NCBI GenBank assembly: GCA_964652265.1
Contig: CAZZAL010000006.1
Coordinates: 1-53,757, forward strand
Source of the DNA: an uncultured Planctomycetia bacterium
Lineage (GTDB): Bacteria > Omnitrophota > Gorgyraeia > Gorgyraeales > Gorgyraeaceae
Reading direction: 5' to 3'
Length of the DNA: 53,757 nt
Below, piece by piece: positions 10,418 to 20,115 of this stretch. The position numbers were made by a program, and so were the translations under genes. How positions within the stretch are numbered: the first letter of the stretch is position 1; each line of letters starts with the position of its first letter. The notes beneath the pieces were generated by a model. It worked only from the letters and a program-made list of their open reading frames with translations. It made no database searches and was not told the DNA's origin.

Positions 10418-11479
10418 CTATAGGGCCCTAGGGTAGGAACCCAGCACCTTTAAATAAATACTTTGTTTTGCCACGTCCTTTAATGCCTTCTGCACATTTG
10501 AATCATGGCAATGCCCTACTGTGTCTACAAAGAAATAATATTCCCACGCCTTTCTCTTTGAAGGCCTGGATTCTATCTTGGTCAGATTTACCTTGTTCTT
10601 CTTGAAAGGCATCAGCATATCATGTAATGCCCCTGGCCTGTCCTTGCCAGAAAACATGATAGAGGTCTTGTCTTTTTTTGTCGAGGAAGGCGTATGTTGG
10701 CCTATTACAAGAAACCTTGTTATATTGCTGGCGCTATCCTCTATGCCCTTTGCAAGGACCTTTAGTTTGTATTTCTCTGCTGCTAGTAAACTGGCTATAG
10801 CGCATGCGTTCTTCTCTCTCGTAGCTATCTCTGCTGCCCTGCTCGTCGTAGAAACCTCTATCAGCTCTACGTTACGCAAATGCGAATCAAGCCATAACCG
10901 ACACTGTCCGAACACCTGTGGGTTTGAATAGATCCTCTTTACAGACTTAAGGCTGCATCTTCCTATCAAGTTATGCGATATATCCAGAAATACCTCAGAG
11001 CATATCTTTAAATCAGAATCAATGAACATATCAAGCGTATGGTTTACAGCTCCTTCTATGGAATTTTCAACAGGTACCACTCCATAGTCACACCTTGAGA
11101 CTTCTACTTCTCTGAAGACTTCTGTAATACTGTTGCATGATGAATATCTTACCTGGCTTCCGAATTTTTTTATTGCAGCTATATGCGTGAATGTGGCCTC
11201 AGGCCCAAGATATGCTATCTTGAGGCTCCTCTCAAGGGCGAGAGAAGAAGACATTATTTCTCTGTAAATCGCCCTTAGCGCCTTGTCTGAAAGAGGGCCT
11301 TTGTTTTGCATAGAGAGATTCCCATAGATCTCAGCCTCTCTATCAGGTACATACACACCGCTTTTTGCACGGTCTTTTAGCTTACCTACATTCTTTGCAA
11401 TAGAGGCCCTTTTATTCAAAAGTCCGACTATCTCTTTATCGACGCTATCTATTTTCTTGCGAAGATTCTTTAATTTCAT
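10418..11479 (-). CDS. pheA: Chorismate mutase/prephenate dehydratase (P-protein)
   Basis: LRKKIDSVD..LLNKRA, YLGPEATFT, VPVENS, NITRF, ACT domain with KIESRP; start moved to ATG 11479 after GGAGGA. Confidence 0.96.
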   Translation of the reverse strand: MKLKNLRKKIDSVDKEIVGLLNKRASIAKNVGKLKDRAKSGVYVPDREAEIYGNLSMQNKGPLSDKALRAIYREIMSSSLALERSLKIAYLGPEATFTHIAAIKKFGSQVRYSSCNSITEVFREVEVSRCDYGVVPVENSIEGAVNHTLDMFIDSDLKICSEVFLDISHNLIGRCSLKSVKRIYSNPQVFGQCRLWLDSHLRNVELIEVSTTSRAAEIATREKNACAIASLLAAEKYKLKVLAKGIEDSASNITRFLVIGQHTPSSTKKDKTSIMFSGKDRPGALHDMLMPFKKNKVNLTKIESRPSKRKAWEYYFFVDTVGHCHDSNVQKALKDVAKQSIYLKVLGSYPRAL

Positions 11480-12113
11480 CTTGATTTTCCTCCATCTTGA
11501 GGCGTTGTGTATCTCCAGCCTGGAGGTCACTAGCCTCAGCAGCAACATCTTCTTCTTTTTTCAAATGTTCCGGCAATTCAATGTCTTTCTCTGTGATATT
11601 AAATTCTTCCAGCCGCGGTAACTCTTCCAGCGAATTCAATCCAAAATATTGCAGAAATTCCTGAGAGGTCCCATAAAGTATTGGCCTTCCAACGGTATCT
11701 TTTCTTCCAACGATCCTGACCAGGTTTTTTTCTATAAGCGTCTTCAGTACACCGTCGACATTTACACCTCTTATTGCTTCTATCTCTGGCTTTGTTGCTG
11801 GCTGCTTGTAGGCTATTATCGCTAATGTCTCCAGACTCGGACCAGAGAGCCTGTCTGGTCCTGATGTCTTGTACAGCCTTTTAAGCCATGGCGCAAGCAT
11901 CGGGTCAGTCACTATCTGGTAGCCGCCTGCCATTTCCTTTATCCTAAAAGCCCTGCTAGTATCCTCATACTCCTTTGCCAGCTCAGAAATAATATCCTTT
12001 ACCTGTTGCGCGCTAAACTCCTCCAGTACGCCTTTTATCTCGTTCACAAATAAAGGCTTATCACTCACAAAAAGCATTGCCTCGATTATATTCTTAGCTT
12101 GGTCTCTTTGCAT
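11445..12113 (-). CDS. scpB: SMC-Scp complex subunit ScpB
   Basis: IEAMLF, LETLAIIAYKQP, IRGVN, GRPILYGT..FL..FGLNSL.ELP. Confidence 0.96.
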   Translation of the reverse strand: MQRDQAKNIIEAMLFVSDKPLFVNEIKGVLEEFSAQQVKDIISELAKEYEDTSRAFRIKEMAGGYQIVTDPMLAPWLKRLYKTSGPDRLSGPSLETLAIIAYKQPATKPEIEAIRGVNVDGVLKTLIEKNLVRIVGRKDTVGRPILYGTSQEFLQYFGLNSLEELPRLEEFNITEKDIELPEHLKKEEDVAAEASDLQAGDTQRLKMEENQDEIKESSQENR

Positions 12114-12115
12114 GT

Positions 12116-12841
12116 CTATTCTATCCTCAGCCTGTGCTTTTCGTTCCTTATCACTTCGATATCGTCAAAGCTTTTTTTCTGGGCTACGATGATCTCCTTC
12201 AGCCTTATGAGCTCCAACACTGCCAGAAATGTCGCTATGATCTCTAACTTGCTCTTGGCCTTCTTAAAAAGCTCTGTTAAATAGATTACCGGCTTCTCTA
12301 CCAGCATATGCAAAAGATCGTGCACCTTCTGCTCCACTGTAAACTCGTCTTTTATGATTTCCTGAAAGACTTCTTTTGGTACATCTTTTAATACACGTGT
12401 AAGCGCTGTTATCAGATCAAATAAACTTGCCTCAAAGAATTTCTCCTCTGATTCAATATCAGCCACTGTAGACCGCGTAAACATCTTTTTGCGCTGGCCT
12501 TCAAGGTCCTGCAGTACCCCTGCCACCTCTTTAAACCTCTTGTACTCTAAAAGTCTCCTGACAAGCTCTTCCCTTGGATCCTCTTCCTCTTCAGGTAATA
12601 TTTCATTTTCCTCGGGAGGCAGAAGCATCTTGCTTTTTATATGGATAAGGGTCGCTGCCATGACCAGAAATTCACCTGCAATATTCAGATCTAGCATACG
12701 CATGAGCTCAAGATATTCCAGGTACTGCTCTGTAATATCCGCGATCGGAATATCATAGATATCAAGTTCGTTCTTCTTTATAAGGTACAGCAATAAATCC
12801 AGCGGTCCTTCAAATACCTCGAGTTTTACTTTATATGACAT
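12116..12841 (-). CDS. scpA: Segregation and condensation protein A
   Basis: FEGPLDLLLYLI, EFLVMAATL..IKSKMLLP, TFLAVLEL. Confidence 0.96.
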   Translation of the reverse strand: MSYKVKLEVFEGPLDLLLYLIKKNELDIYDIPIADITEQYLEYLELMRMLDLNIAGEFLVMAATLIHIKSKMLLPPEENEILPEEEEDPREELVRRLLEYKRFKEVAGVLQDLEGQRKKMFTRSTVADIESEEKFFEASLFDLITALTRVLKDVPKEVFQEIIKDEFTVEQKVHDLLHMLVEKPVIYLTELFKKAKSKLEIIATFLAVLELIRLKEIIVAQKKSFDDIEVIRNEKHRLRIE

Positions 12842-12853
12842 ATGCCTTGGATG

Positions 12854-13834
12854 TTAAGTTAGGCCTGTTACTTTTCTGACCTCTGCCATTGTCTCAGCTG
12901 CGACCTTGCCTGCCTTTTTAGCACCTTCCTTTAATATATCATGAATATTGCTTTTCTTTTTCAGTAATCTTTCTCTCTTGGCCCTTATCTCGCTCAAATA
13001 TTCAGAAATCGCCTCAGCTAGGTTCCTTTTGCATTCTGTGCAGCCGACCTTTGCCTTTGCGCAATACTCATAAACCTCCGGAGCCATCTTGCCTTTAAAC
13101 AAATTAAAATATGAGTAAAGATTACACTCATCCGGATGTCCTTTGTCAGAAAGTTTTATCCTTTTAGGATCAGTAAACATCTGAGCACATTTCTTCTTTA
13201 TGGTATCTGTAGAATCGCCAAGCGCAATAAAATTCCCGTAGGACTTTGACATCTTCCTTCCATCTATTCCAAGCAACTTTGGCATCTTTGTCAGGACTGG
13301 CTTTATCTCTTTAAAAATATTCCCATAAAGTTTATTAAATCTAGCTAATATATCATTCGTGAGCTCTAGATGTGGAAGCTGATCCTTGCCAACAGGAACA
13401 GCGCTGGCCTTGTATAACAAAATATCTGCTGCCTGAAGTACAGGATAGCCTAAAAATCCATAAGTGTGCAGCTCGCGACTAGATAACTCCCTTAATTGCT
13501 CCTTATACGTCGGACACCTCTCCAGCCATCCGAGCGGTACAAAATTCGAAAATACCGTGTATAATTCAAGGTGCTCCTTCACATGCGACTGAACAAATAT
13601 AGTGCTTACCTCAGGGTCTATACCTGAGGCGATCCAGTCTGCCACACATTCTATTGTATATTGAGGAAGCTTTGACGGATCATTATATTCACTCATCAAG
13701 GCATGCCAGTCTGCAACCATGAAAAAACACTCATGCCCTTTTTGGAGTTCAACCCAGTTATCCAGGGCGCCAAACAAATGCCCGAGATGTAAAGGACCTG
13801 TCGGCCTCATCCCACTTAATATTCGTTTTTTCAT
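12854..13834 (-). CDS. trpS: Tryptophan--tRNA ligase
   Basis: SGMRPTGPLHLGH, YPVLQAADIL, VPVGKDQ, KMSKS; C-terminal Cys cluster; start moved to ATG 13834. Confidence 0.97.
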   Translation of the reverse strand: MKKRILSGMRPTGPLHLGHLFGALDNWVELQKGHECFFMVADWHALMSEYNDPSKLPQYTIECVADWIASGIDPEVSTIFVQSHVKEHLELYTVFSNFVPLGWLERCPTYKEQLRELSSRELHTYGFLGYPVLQAADILLYKASAVPVGKDQLPHLELTNDILARFNKLYGNIFKEIKPVLTKMPKLLGIDGRKMSKSYGNFIALGDSTDTIKKKCAQMFTDPKRIKLSDKGHPDECNLYSYFNLFKGKMAPEVYEYCAKAKVGCTECKRNLAEAISEYLSEIRAKRERLLKKKSNIHDILKEGAKKAGKVAAETMAEVRKVTGLT

Positions 13835-13859
13835 ACTAGTCACCTTGTCCAATACTTTT

Positions 13860-15989
13860 TTATTTAAGTCTTCGTGCGACCTTGCGGACCTCAATCGCTT
13901 CGATGGTGTCGCCTTTCCTGATATCCTTAAAGCTCAGGCTTATACCACATTCAAAGCCCTCTTTCACCTCTTTGGCATCGTCCTTCACGCGCTTCAGCGA
14001 ACTTATCTTGCCTTTAAAAATAACCTCTTTATCCCTTATAAGCCTGGCCGTGGCATTGCGAGGTATGACCCCTTTTGAAATAAAGCAGCCTGCCACTGTC
14101 CCTACTTTAGAGACCTTAAAAACCTGTTTCACATCTGCTCTGCCTAAAAACGTCTCTTCCATTATTGGCTCAAGCATACCCTCCATGGCAGCCTTTACAT
14201 CTTCTACTGCCTCGTAAATTATATTGTAAATCCTTACATCAACGCCTTCCTGTTTTGAAAGTGCCTTGGCGCCAGGTGTCATGTTCACATGAAATCCTAA
14301 TATGACAGCGTTCGACGCAGAAGCAAGCATGATATCCGATTCATTGACGTTTCCGACCTGGCCATGTATTACAAAAAGCTTCACCTCTGGTGTCGAAAGT
14401 TTCTCAAGCGAATCCTTAATAGCCTCAAGTGAGCCCTGCACATCTGCCTTTAAAATAATCTTCAACTCCTTAACTTCGCCTTCCTTTATCTTATTATAGA
14501 GGTCGTCCAGGCTTATCTTCTGGCCCTTAGCCTCAAGCTTTTTCTTTTCTGCATCCAACCGCCTTGCCTCGATCATGCCCCTTGCTTTCTTCTCATCAGC
14601 CACTACATAAAATTTTTCTCCTGCCGAAGGCACACCGGAAAGCCCGAGTATCTCAACTGGTTTTGCAGGCCCTGCCTCTCTAATCCTATGAGCCTTATCA
14701 TCCAGCATGGCCTTTACTTTACCATAATTCAAACCAACAATAATAGTATCACCGAGATTAAGAGTTCCACTTGAAACAAGAACAGTTGCTACAGGGCCTT
14801 TGCCTTTTGAAAGCTCTGCCTCTACAACCACGCCTCTAGCAAGCCTGTCTGGATTTGCCTTCAGCTCAAGCATTTCTGCTTCTAAAAGCAACATCTCCAG
14901 TAATCCGTCAATACCCTGACCTGTCTTTGCAGAAACGCCTATTGTAATAGTCTTCCCTCCCCAGTCTTCAGGAGCAAGGTCGCGTTCAGCCAGTTGCTTC
15001 TTGACTTTATCCAGACTAATGTTCTGCTTATCTATCTTATTTATGGCGACCACTATCGGAACATTTGCAGCACGGGCATGATCAATCGCCTCTATTGTCT
15101 GCGGCATAATACCATCGTCAGCAGCCACGACAAGTACGACTACATCAGTAATATTCGCACCCCTTGCGCGCATAGCAGTAAATGCAGCGTGGCCAGGTGT
15201 ATCCAGAAACGTCACCTTGCCTTTTGGAAGCACTACTTCATACGCACCTATATGCTGCGTAATGCCTCCTGCTTCTTTGTCGACCACCTTGGTCTTTCGT
15301 ATCATATCCATAAGAGAAGTCTTTCCGTGATCAACATGGCCCATAAAAGTAACTATCGGCGCCCTTGGCTTGAGTTTTTTAGGATCATCCTTCTCAGACT
15401 CTATTAAAAATGTTTCTTCCTCGCTCGGAAAAGGCTCTATCCTGTAACCAAACTCCTCTGCAAGTGAATTCGCAGTTCCCTCGTCAAGAGACTGGTTTAT
15501 GGTGACAAGGATCTTCTTATTTAAAAGTCGTTTTATAAGATCATTGGGCCTTGTCTCTAGTTTAAGCCCGAGGTCTTTAACCGTGATCGGCAGATTTATT
15601 TTCAATACCTTTAAATCCAGCACCTCTTTTTCTTCTTCTACTACAGAAGCAGGGGCTTCAGGAACCGGCAGTTCTATCTTTTTTTCTTCTTCGACCTTGG
15701 TCCTGACAACTGGTTTTGTCTTTTTTGCTGGTTCCTTGGCTTCACCAGAGACCTGCTTTGCCTGTTTCTTTCCAGTCTTCTTTTTAGCAGCTGGTTTGGC
15801 TTTGACCTTGCCTGTAGCTCGCTTTACTGACTTTTTAGGAGTCTTACCCTTTTTAAGGAGAGTGACAATATCATCGTCCAAAGAGCTCATATGACTCTTC
15901 ACGGCCACCTTCAGTGCGCGAAGTTTACTTATAAGCTCTTTACTGGTAATGCCTAATTCTTTTGCAAGCGTACTGACCCTGACACTCAT
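13860..15989 (-). CDS. infB: Translation initiation factor IF-2
   Basis: [38 protein letters not shown]. Confidence 0.98.
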   Translation of the reverse strand: MSVRVSTLAKELGITSKELISKLRALKVAVKSHMSSLDDDIVTLLKKGKTPKKSVKRATGKVKAKPAAKKKTGKKQAKQVSGEAKEPAKKTKPVVRTKVEEEKKIELPVPEAPASVVEEEKEVLDLKVLKINLPITVKDLGLKLETRPNDLIKRLLNKKILVTINQSLDEGTANSLAEEFGYRIEPFPSEEETFLIESEKDDPKKLKPRAPIVTFMGHVDHGKTSLMDMIRKTKVVDKEAGGITQHIGAYEVVLPKGKVTFLDTPGHAAFTAMRARGANITDVVVLVVAADDGIMPQTIEAIDHARAANVPIVVAINKIDKQNISLDKVKKQLAERDLAPEDWGGKTITIGVSAKTGQGIDGLLEMLLLEAEMLELKANPDRLARGVVVEAELSKGKGPVATVLVSSGTLNLGDTIIVGLNYGKVKAMLDDKAHRIREAGPAKPVEILGLSGVPSAGEKFYVVADEKKARGMIEARRLDAEKKKLEAKGQKISLDDLYNKIKEGEVKELKIILKADVQGSLEAIKDSLEKLSTPEVKLFVIHGQVGNVNESDIMLASASNAVILGFHVNMTPGAKALSKQEGVDVRIYNIIYEAVEDVKAAMEGMLEPIMEETFLGRADVKQVFKVSKVGTVAGCFISKGVIPRNATARLIRDKEVIFKGKISSLKRVKDDAKEVKEGFECGISLSFKDIRKGDTIEAIEVRKVARRLK

Positions 15990-17215
15990 CCTTTATCCTT
16001 CCCCTGGTTTTTATCTTTCTTGGCTGTTTTCTCTCCCTTAGATTTTTTCTCCTTGCCCTTTTTATCCCTGACCTCGTGTACCTTTTGTTCCAATAATTTC
16101 TTTGCCGATTGCCATATCTTTTCAGCTGTCTTTTTGCCAACGCCGTCCACCTTGATCAATTGCTTTACATCTACCTTGGAGATATCTCCTGCAGTCTTAA
16201 AGCCTGCCTTCTGAAGGGCTTTTGCTGTCTTAGGGCCAACCCCGTCTACATCGCTAACCGAGATCTTGCTGACCTTCTCTATCTCTGTCTTACTCCTTAT
16301 ATCTATATTCCATCCAGTAAGCTTTGCAGCCAGCCTGACATTCTGCCCCTTCTTTCCTATAGCGAGTGAGAGCTGATCATCTGCAACAAGCACCTCTGCC
16401 CTTTTTTCCGAATCTTTCAACTTTACACCTGATATCTCTGCAGGACTGAGGCTCGACGATATAAACTCCCCCGTATCAATACTCCAGCGTACAATATCTA
16501 TCTTTTCTCCTCCCAGTTCACGCACAATACTCTTCACACGGCCACCCCTCATGCCTACGCACGCCCCAACAGCATCGACCTTTTCATCCTTTGAGTACAC
16601 TGCTATCTTTGAACGATCTCCCGCCTCCCGTGAAACCGACTTTATATCCACTATACCTTCATATATCTCGGGCACCTCAAGCTCAAACAATCTTTTCACC
16701 AGCCCAGCATTTGTCCTGGAAAGCAATATCTCAGGACCCTTTGGCGTTTTCCTTACCTCCATGATAAGCGCCTTGATCCTATCGCCCTGTCTGTATTCTT
16801 CATTATGAGGGACCTCTCTCCTGGGTAATACCCCTTCTGCGCGGCCCAGATCAACAATGATCATGCCTTTTTCAAATCTGTGCACGCTACCGGATGCTAT
16901 ATCATTTACCTTGTGCTGATATTCTTCAAAGACAACATCCCTTTCTGCCTCGCGGATCTTCTGGATGATCACCTGCTTGGCTGTCTGCGCAGAAATCCTG
17001 CCAAAGTCTCCTGAAAGCTCTCCCCCATCTGGACCAAACACCTTAAAGTCACCTGTCTCCGGGTCAAATTCTACCTTTATATCCATTATATGCTTACCCA
17101 GCTTCTTTCGTGCTGCGCTTATAAGCGCAGACTCTATGGCCCTTACAAGGATCTCTTTCTTGATGCCCTTATCCCTCTCAATGCTGTCCAATATCATCAA
17201 TAAATCGCTATTCAT
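15986..17215 (-). CDS. nusA: Transcription termination/antitermination factor NusA with C-terminal HhH repeats
   Basis: FGRISAQTAKQVI, LFELEVPEI, GACVGMRG, AIGKKGQNVRLA; two GVGxKTA motifs. Confidence 0.98.
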   Translation of the reverse strand: MNSDLLMILDSIERDKGIKKEILVRAIESALISAARKKLGKHIMDIKVEFDPETGDFKVFGPDGGELSGDFGRISAQTAKQVIIQKIREAERDVVFEEYQHKVNDIASGSVHRFEKGMIIVDLGRAEGVLPRREVPHNEEYRQGDRIKALIMEVRKTPKGPEILLSRTNAGLVKRLFELEVPEIYEGIVDIKSVSREAGDRSKIAVYSKDEKVDAVGACVGMRGGRVKSIVRELGGEKIDIVRWSIDTGEFISSSLSPAEISGVKLKDSEKRAEVLVADDQLSLAIGKKGQNVRLAAKLTGWNIDIRSKTEIEKVSKISVSDVDGVGPKTAKALQKAGFKTAGDISKVDVKQLIKVDGVGKKTAEKIWQSAKKLLEQKVHEVRDKKGKEKKSKGEKTAKKDKNQGKDKG

Positions 17216-17665
17216 CTAAAACTCAACCTCCTGTCTTGCCCTGACTATTGTTGTAAAAAGAATGCTAATGATCCCCTTTTTTTCAACATCAATTTTTATA
17301 GCATCCTCTGATATATCTTCGAGTCTGCCGATATGTTCCTTTTTATCCAGAATCGCCTCGTTCAATGTCACCCTAACCAATCTTCCTTTTGCCCTTTCAT
17401 AATCTCTTTTTGCAGTAAACCACCTGTCAATGCCTGGTGAGTCGACTTCAACCATGTAAGGCTCTATAATTACATTTTCCTCGTCCAGGACATGGCTTAT
17501 CCTCTGGTTCAGCCTCACGCAGTCTGAAAGTTTTATACCGCCTTCCCTATCTACTAAAAGCCTCAAGACCTGCCTGCCAGCCTCTTTACGAAAGATCATC
17601 TCCACAAGCTCATAGCCTTCATCTTGTAAAACTGGATTTATGATTTCTTTAATTTCCTCATCCAT
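17216..17665 (-). CDS. rimP: Ribosome maturation factor RimP
   Basis: LRLLVD..GI..DC, Y.VEVDSPGIDR; directly upstream of nusA; start moved to ATG 17665. Confidence 0.93.
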   Translation of the reverse strand: MDEEIKEIINPVLQDEGYELVEMIFRKEAGRQVLRLLVDREGGIKLSDCVRLNQRISHVLDEENVIIEPYMVEVDSPGIDRWFTAKRDYERAKGRLVRVTLNEAILDKKEHIGRLEDISEDAIKIDVEKKGIISILFTTIVRARQEVEF

Positions 17666-17672
17666 AGGCAAT

Positions 17673-17701
17673 AAAAAAAGCGGGCCTTGAGCACCCACTT
17701 C
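17673..17701 (-). promoter_or_regulatory. rimP leader hairpin (attenuator-like)
   Basis: AAGTGGG-TGCTCAAGG-CCCGCTT followed by a U tract just upstream of the rimP ATG; matches the widespread GTGGG..CCCRCTTTT rimP leader. Confidence 0.65.
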
Positions 17702-17737
17702 AAAATCCAAACACCTCCCTTTCGTAAGAGTAGCTAT

Positions 17738-17767
17738 ACTATACTATATGCCCCCTTTCTCTGTCAA
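17738..17767 (-). promoter_or_regulatory. Promoter of rimP-nusA-infB operon
   Basis: TTGACA (17767-17762), 18 nt spacer, TATAGT (17743-17738). Confidence 0.6.
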
Positions 17768-17769
17768 GC

Positions 17770-17813
17770 AAAATTTAAGGGGTTTTGGGTGGCTGTAGGT
17801 ACCCAAAACCCCT
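17770..17813 (-). terminator. Intrinsic terminator closing the accessory three-gene cluster
   Basis: Perfect 13-bp stem AGGGGTTTTGGGT / ACCCAAAACCCCT (17778-17790 / 17801-17813) followed by TAAATTTT on the minus strand. Confidence 0.75.
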
Positions 17814-17838
17814 CCTTACTATGTTACAAAACTATATT

Positions 17839-20094
17839 TTAGACACCCGTACGGGAAAAATTACTACCTGGCAATGTTTCACCTATAGGAGTAGAGAAAA
17901 TCTTTTCCTTATTCAAGCTATCACGTAGGAACCTGGCTGCTATCTTGACATGCTTCAAGCTCTTATCCCTAACCTCTTTTGAAACATTATCTTGAGTATG
18001 GAGAAAAATACACTTAAATAGCATAAGTCTCGCGACAACAAGATCTGTCAACAAGGCTGCATCATAATGGGTGCTCCTGTTTCCTTCCGAGTTCTCACCT
18101 AATCTCTTTTTTGCCTCACCTATAACCTGGTAGATATCTCCTATGTGATCTTCTATCTCTTCCTTAAATACCGCGGTCTCCTCGTGAACATAAAGATAAG
18201 AATCCATAAGCCCTTCTATGTTCATCTCTGGGCTAAGAACTGAGGATGCCTTGAGGAATAAAGGGATGTTTTTTTGAATAACCACTTCCTGGATATCAGA
18301 AGTACCTTCATAGATCATCGTAACTATTATATCCTCCACAAGCTGGGCTAATCCATATTCTACCATATAGCCATAACCACCGTGCGTCTTAAGCGCATCA
18401 AGGGTTACTGTATGTCCTTTTTCGCCCGAGTATAATTTAGCCATTGACGCAACGCTATTCATGGCATTCATATCGTCGCGGGCATCCGGGTCCTTATCTT
18501 TTAGATACGACGCGTATCCTATAAGAAGCTCAGAAGCAGCAATGTAAAATTCCATATTATCGAGTCTCTCTCTTACTGGCCTAAAATCACCAATAGGCTT
18601 TCCAAATTGCTCTCTTTCCTCTGTCGCATATTTAAAGGCAGCATCATATGCTGTCCTTGCTATACCCAATGCCACAGATGCTATGCCGATCCTGCCTCCT
18701 GCGAGCATATAACCCAAGATCAACCTTCCTTCGCCAGGTTTCCCAAGCATATTTTCTTCAGGTATCTTGCAATCTTCGAATTTCAATTCACCTGTGGGAG
18801 AACTATGTTGTCCCATCTTTTTTTCAATCCTTCCGATAGAAAAGCCAGGCGTATCTTTATCTACCAAAAAAGCGCTGAGCTTCTTTTTGCCGTCTTTCCC
18901 TTCGCCTTTATCAGTCACTGCAAAGACAAGATATACACTGGTAATGCCAGCGCTAGTTATAAACGTCTTAGTGCCATTTAAAACATAGCTGCTTCCCTCT
19001 TTATTTGCAGATATCTTCATGCTCATGACATCAGAACCAGCATCTGGTTCAGTAATAGCAATAGCGCCTATCTCTCCTGTAGCTAATTTCGGTAAAATAT
19101 CTTCTTTTTGTTCATCAGTGCCAAACTTATTGATAGTGTCATGCGCAGAACTACTGACAGCTATGGTTACAGCAAGAGACGGCCATAGAGAAGAAAGTAT
19201 CTGAACCATACGATAGCCATAATAATGCTTCAAGCCCGATCCGCCATATTTTTCCGGTGTAGTAAGACCAAACATGCCCAATTCAGCCAATCCTTCCGAT
19301 GCGCTATTAAATGCCTCTGGCACATTAACCTTCTCTCCGGAGCCACCACTAGTTCCTTCTTTATCCCATTCCCGGACATTTTCAAGTGTAATGTCTTTTT
19401 GTTTCAGAAAGCCTTGAACCGCCTCTTCCACCATACGCAACTCTTCGCCAAAATATTTTGTCTTCAGATTAAGCAACTCATCTCCTGCCAGATACACCAT
19501 AATCGACTCTGTTTCTTGGAGCCTTTTTTCAGCAACTCTTTCAGCATCATAGTCCTCAAATGTAACAGAAACGCCTCCCTTTTCTTTCTCATAATTTGCT
19601 TCCATAACCTCCATGCCATAAAACCACTTATGGTCATCTGTTGACCAGCCTTTACCATCCTCAGCTTTAACGTCCTCTTCATATACCCTCTTGAAAGCTT
19701 CTTCGCTCCACCATGATAGAAACATTGCATTCATAGCAGCTAGGGCCTTGATTTTTCTTTCAACATCCTCACTTATGTTCCCTGTGCGGTCAACGATCCA
19801 TATCTTTCCCTTATATTCTCCTTTTTCCTTTAACTCCCTTAATCCGTCAACGGCCAGCTTTATGGCCTCGGCGATTTTTTCATCTGAGAGGAAACTCGCG
19901 TCTATCACTAAGATCTTATCCCATGCCTCAGCATAACCGCTAAGAGATCTATTATTATATTCTTCTATCAGATCAGAATCTGAAGACATGGGAACCCTCA
20001 GGCTGGAATTTGACACCCCGTACGTACTATTAGTAAATATAAAGATGGGGAGTATTGTTAAGAAAATAAATTTGCAGATTTCTCGATAATTCAT
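17839..20094 (-). CDS. Signal-peptide-bearing acyl-CoA dehydrogenase with N- and C-terminal extensions (751 aa)
   Basis: PEKYGGSG, FGTDEQK, AITEPDAGSD, LNGTKTFIT, KMGQHSSPT, GRIGIA, REQFGKPI, ASMAKLY, HGGYGY, IYEGTS (catalytic Glu); signal peptide then SSLRVPM. Confidence 0.9.
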   Translation of the reverse strand: MNYREICKFIFLTILPIFIFTNSTYGVSNSSLRVPMSSDSDLIEEYNNRSLSGYAEAWDKILVIDASFLSDEKIAEAIKLAVDGLRELKEKGEYKGKIWIVDRTGNISEDVERKIKALAAMNAMFLSWWSEEAFKRVYEEDVKAEDGKGWSTDDHKWFYGMEVMEANYEKEKGGVSVTFEDYDAERVAEKRLQETESIMVYLAGDELLNLKTKYFGEELRMVEEAVQGFLKQKDITLENVREWDKEGTSGGSGEKVNVPEAFNSASEGLAELGMFGLTTPEKYGGSGLKHYYGYRMVQILSSLWPSLAVTIAVSSSAHDTINKFGTDEQKEDILPKLATGEIGAIAITEPDAGSDVMSMKISANKEGSSYVLNGTKTFITSAGITSVYLVFAVTDKGEGKDGKKKLSAFLVDKDTPGFSIGRIEKKMGQHSSPTGELKFEDCKIPEENMLGKPGEGRLILGYMLAGGRIGIASVALGIARTAYDAAFKYATEEREQFGKPIGDFRPVRERLDNMEFYIAASELLIGYASYLKDKDPDARDDMNAMNSVASMAKLYSGEKGHTVTLDALKTHGGYGYMVEYGLAQLVEDIIVTMIYEGTSDIQEVVIQKNIPLFLKASSVLSPEMNIEGLMDSYLYVHEETAVFKEEIEDHIGDIYQVIGEAKKRLGENSEGNRSTHYDAALLTDLVVARLMLFKCIFLHTQDNVSKEVRDKSLKHVKIAARFLRDSLNKEKIFSTPIGETLPGSNFSRTGV

Positions 20095-20115
20095 AGTAGG
20101 TATTGCGAATTTAGA

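Noticed and set aside
9317-17710. Long N-terminal extensions of hisC, pheA, trpS and rimP in the ORF track
   Set aside because: These are artefacts of upstream alternative starts; downstream ATGs match family N-termini and mostly have an RBS.
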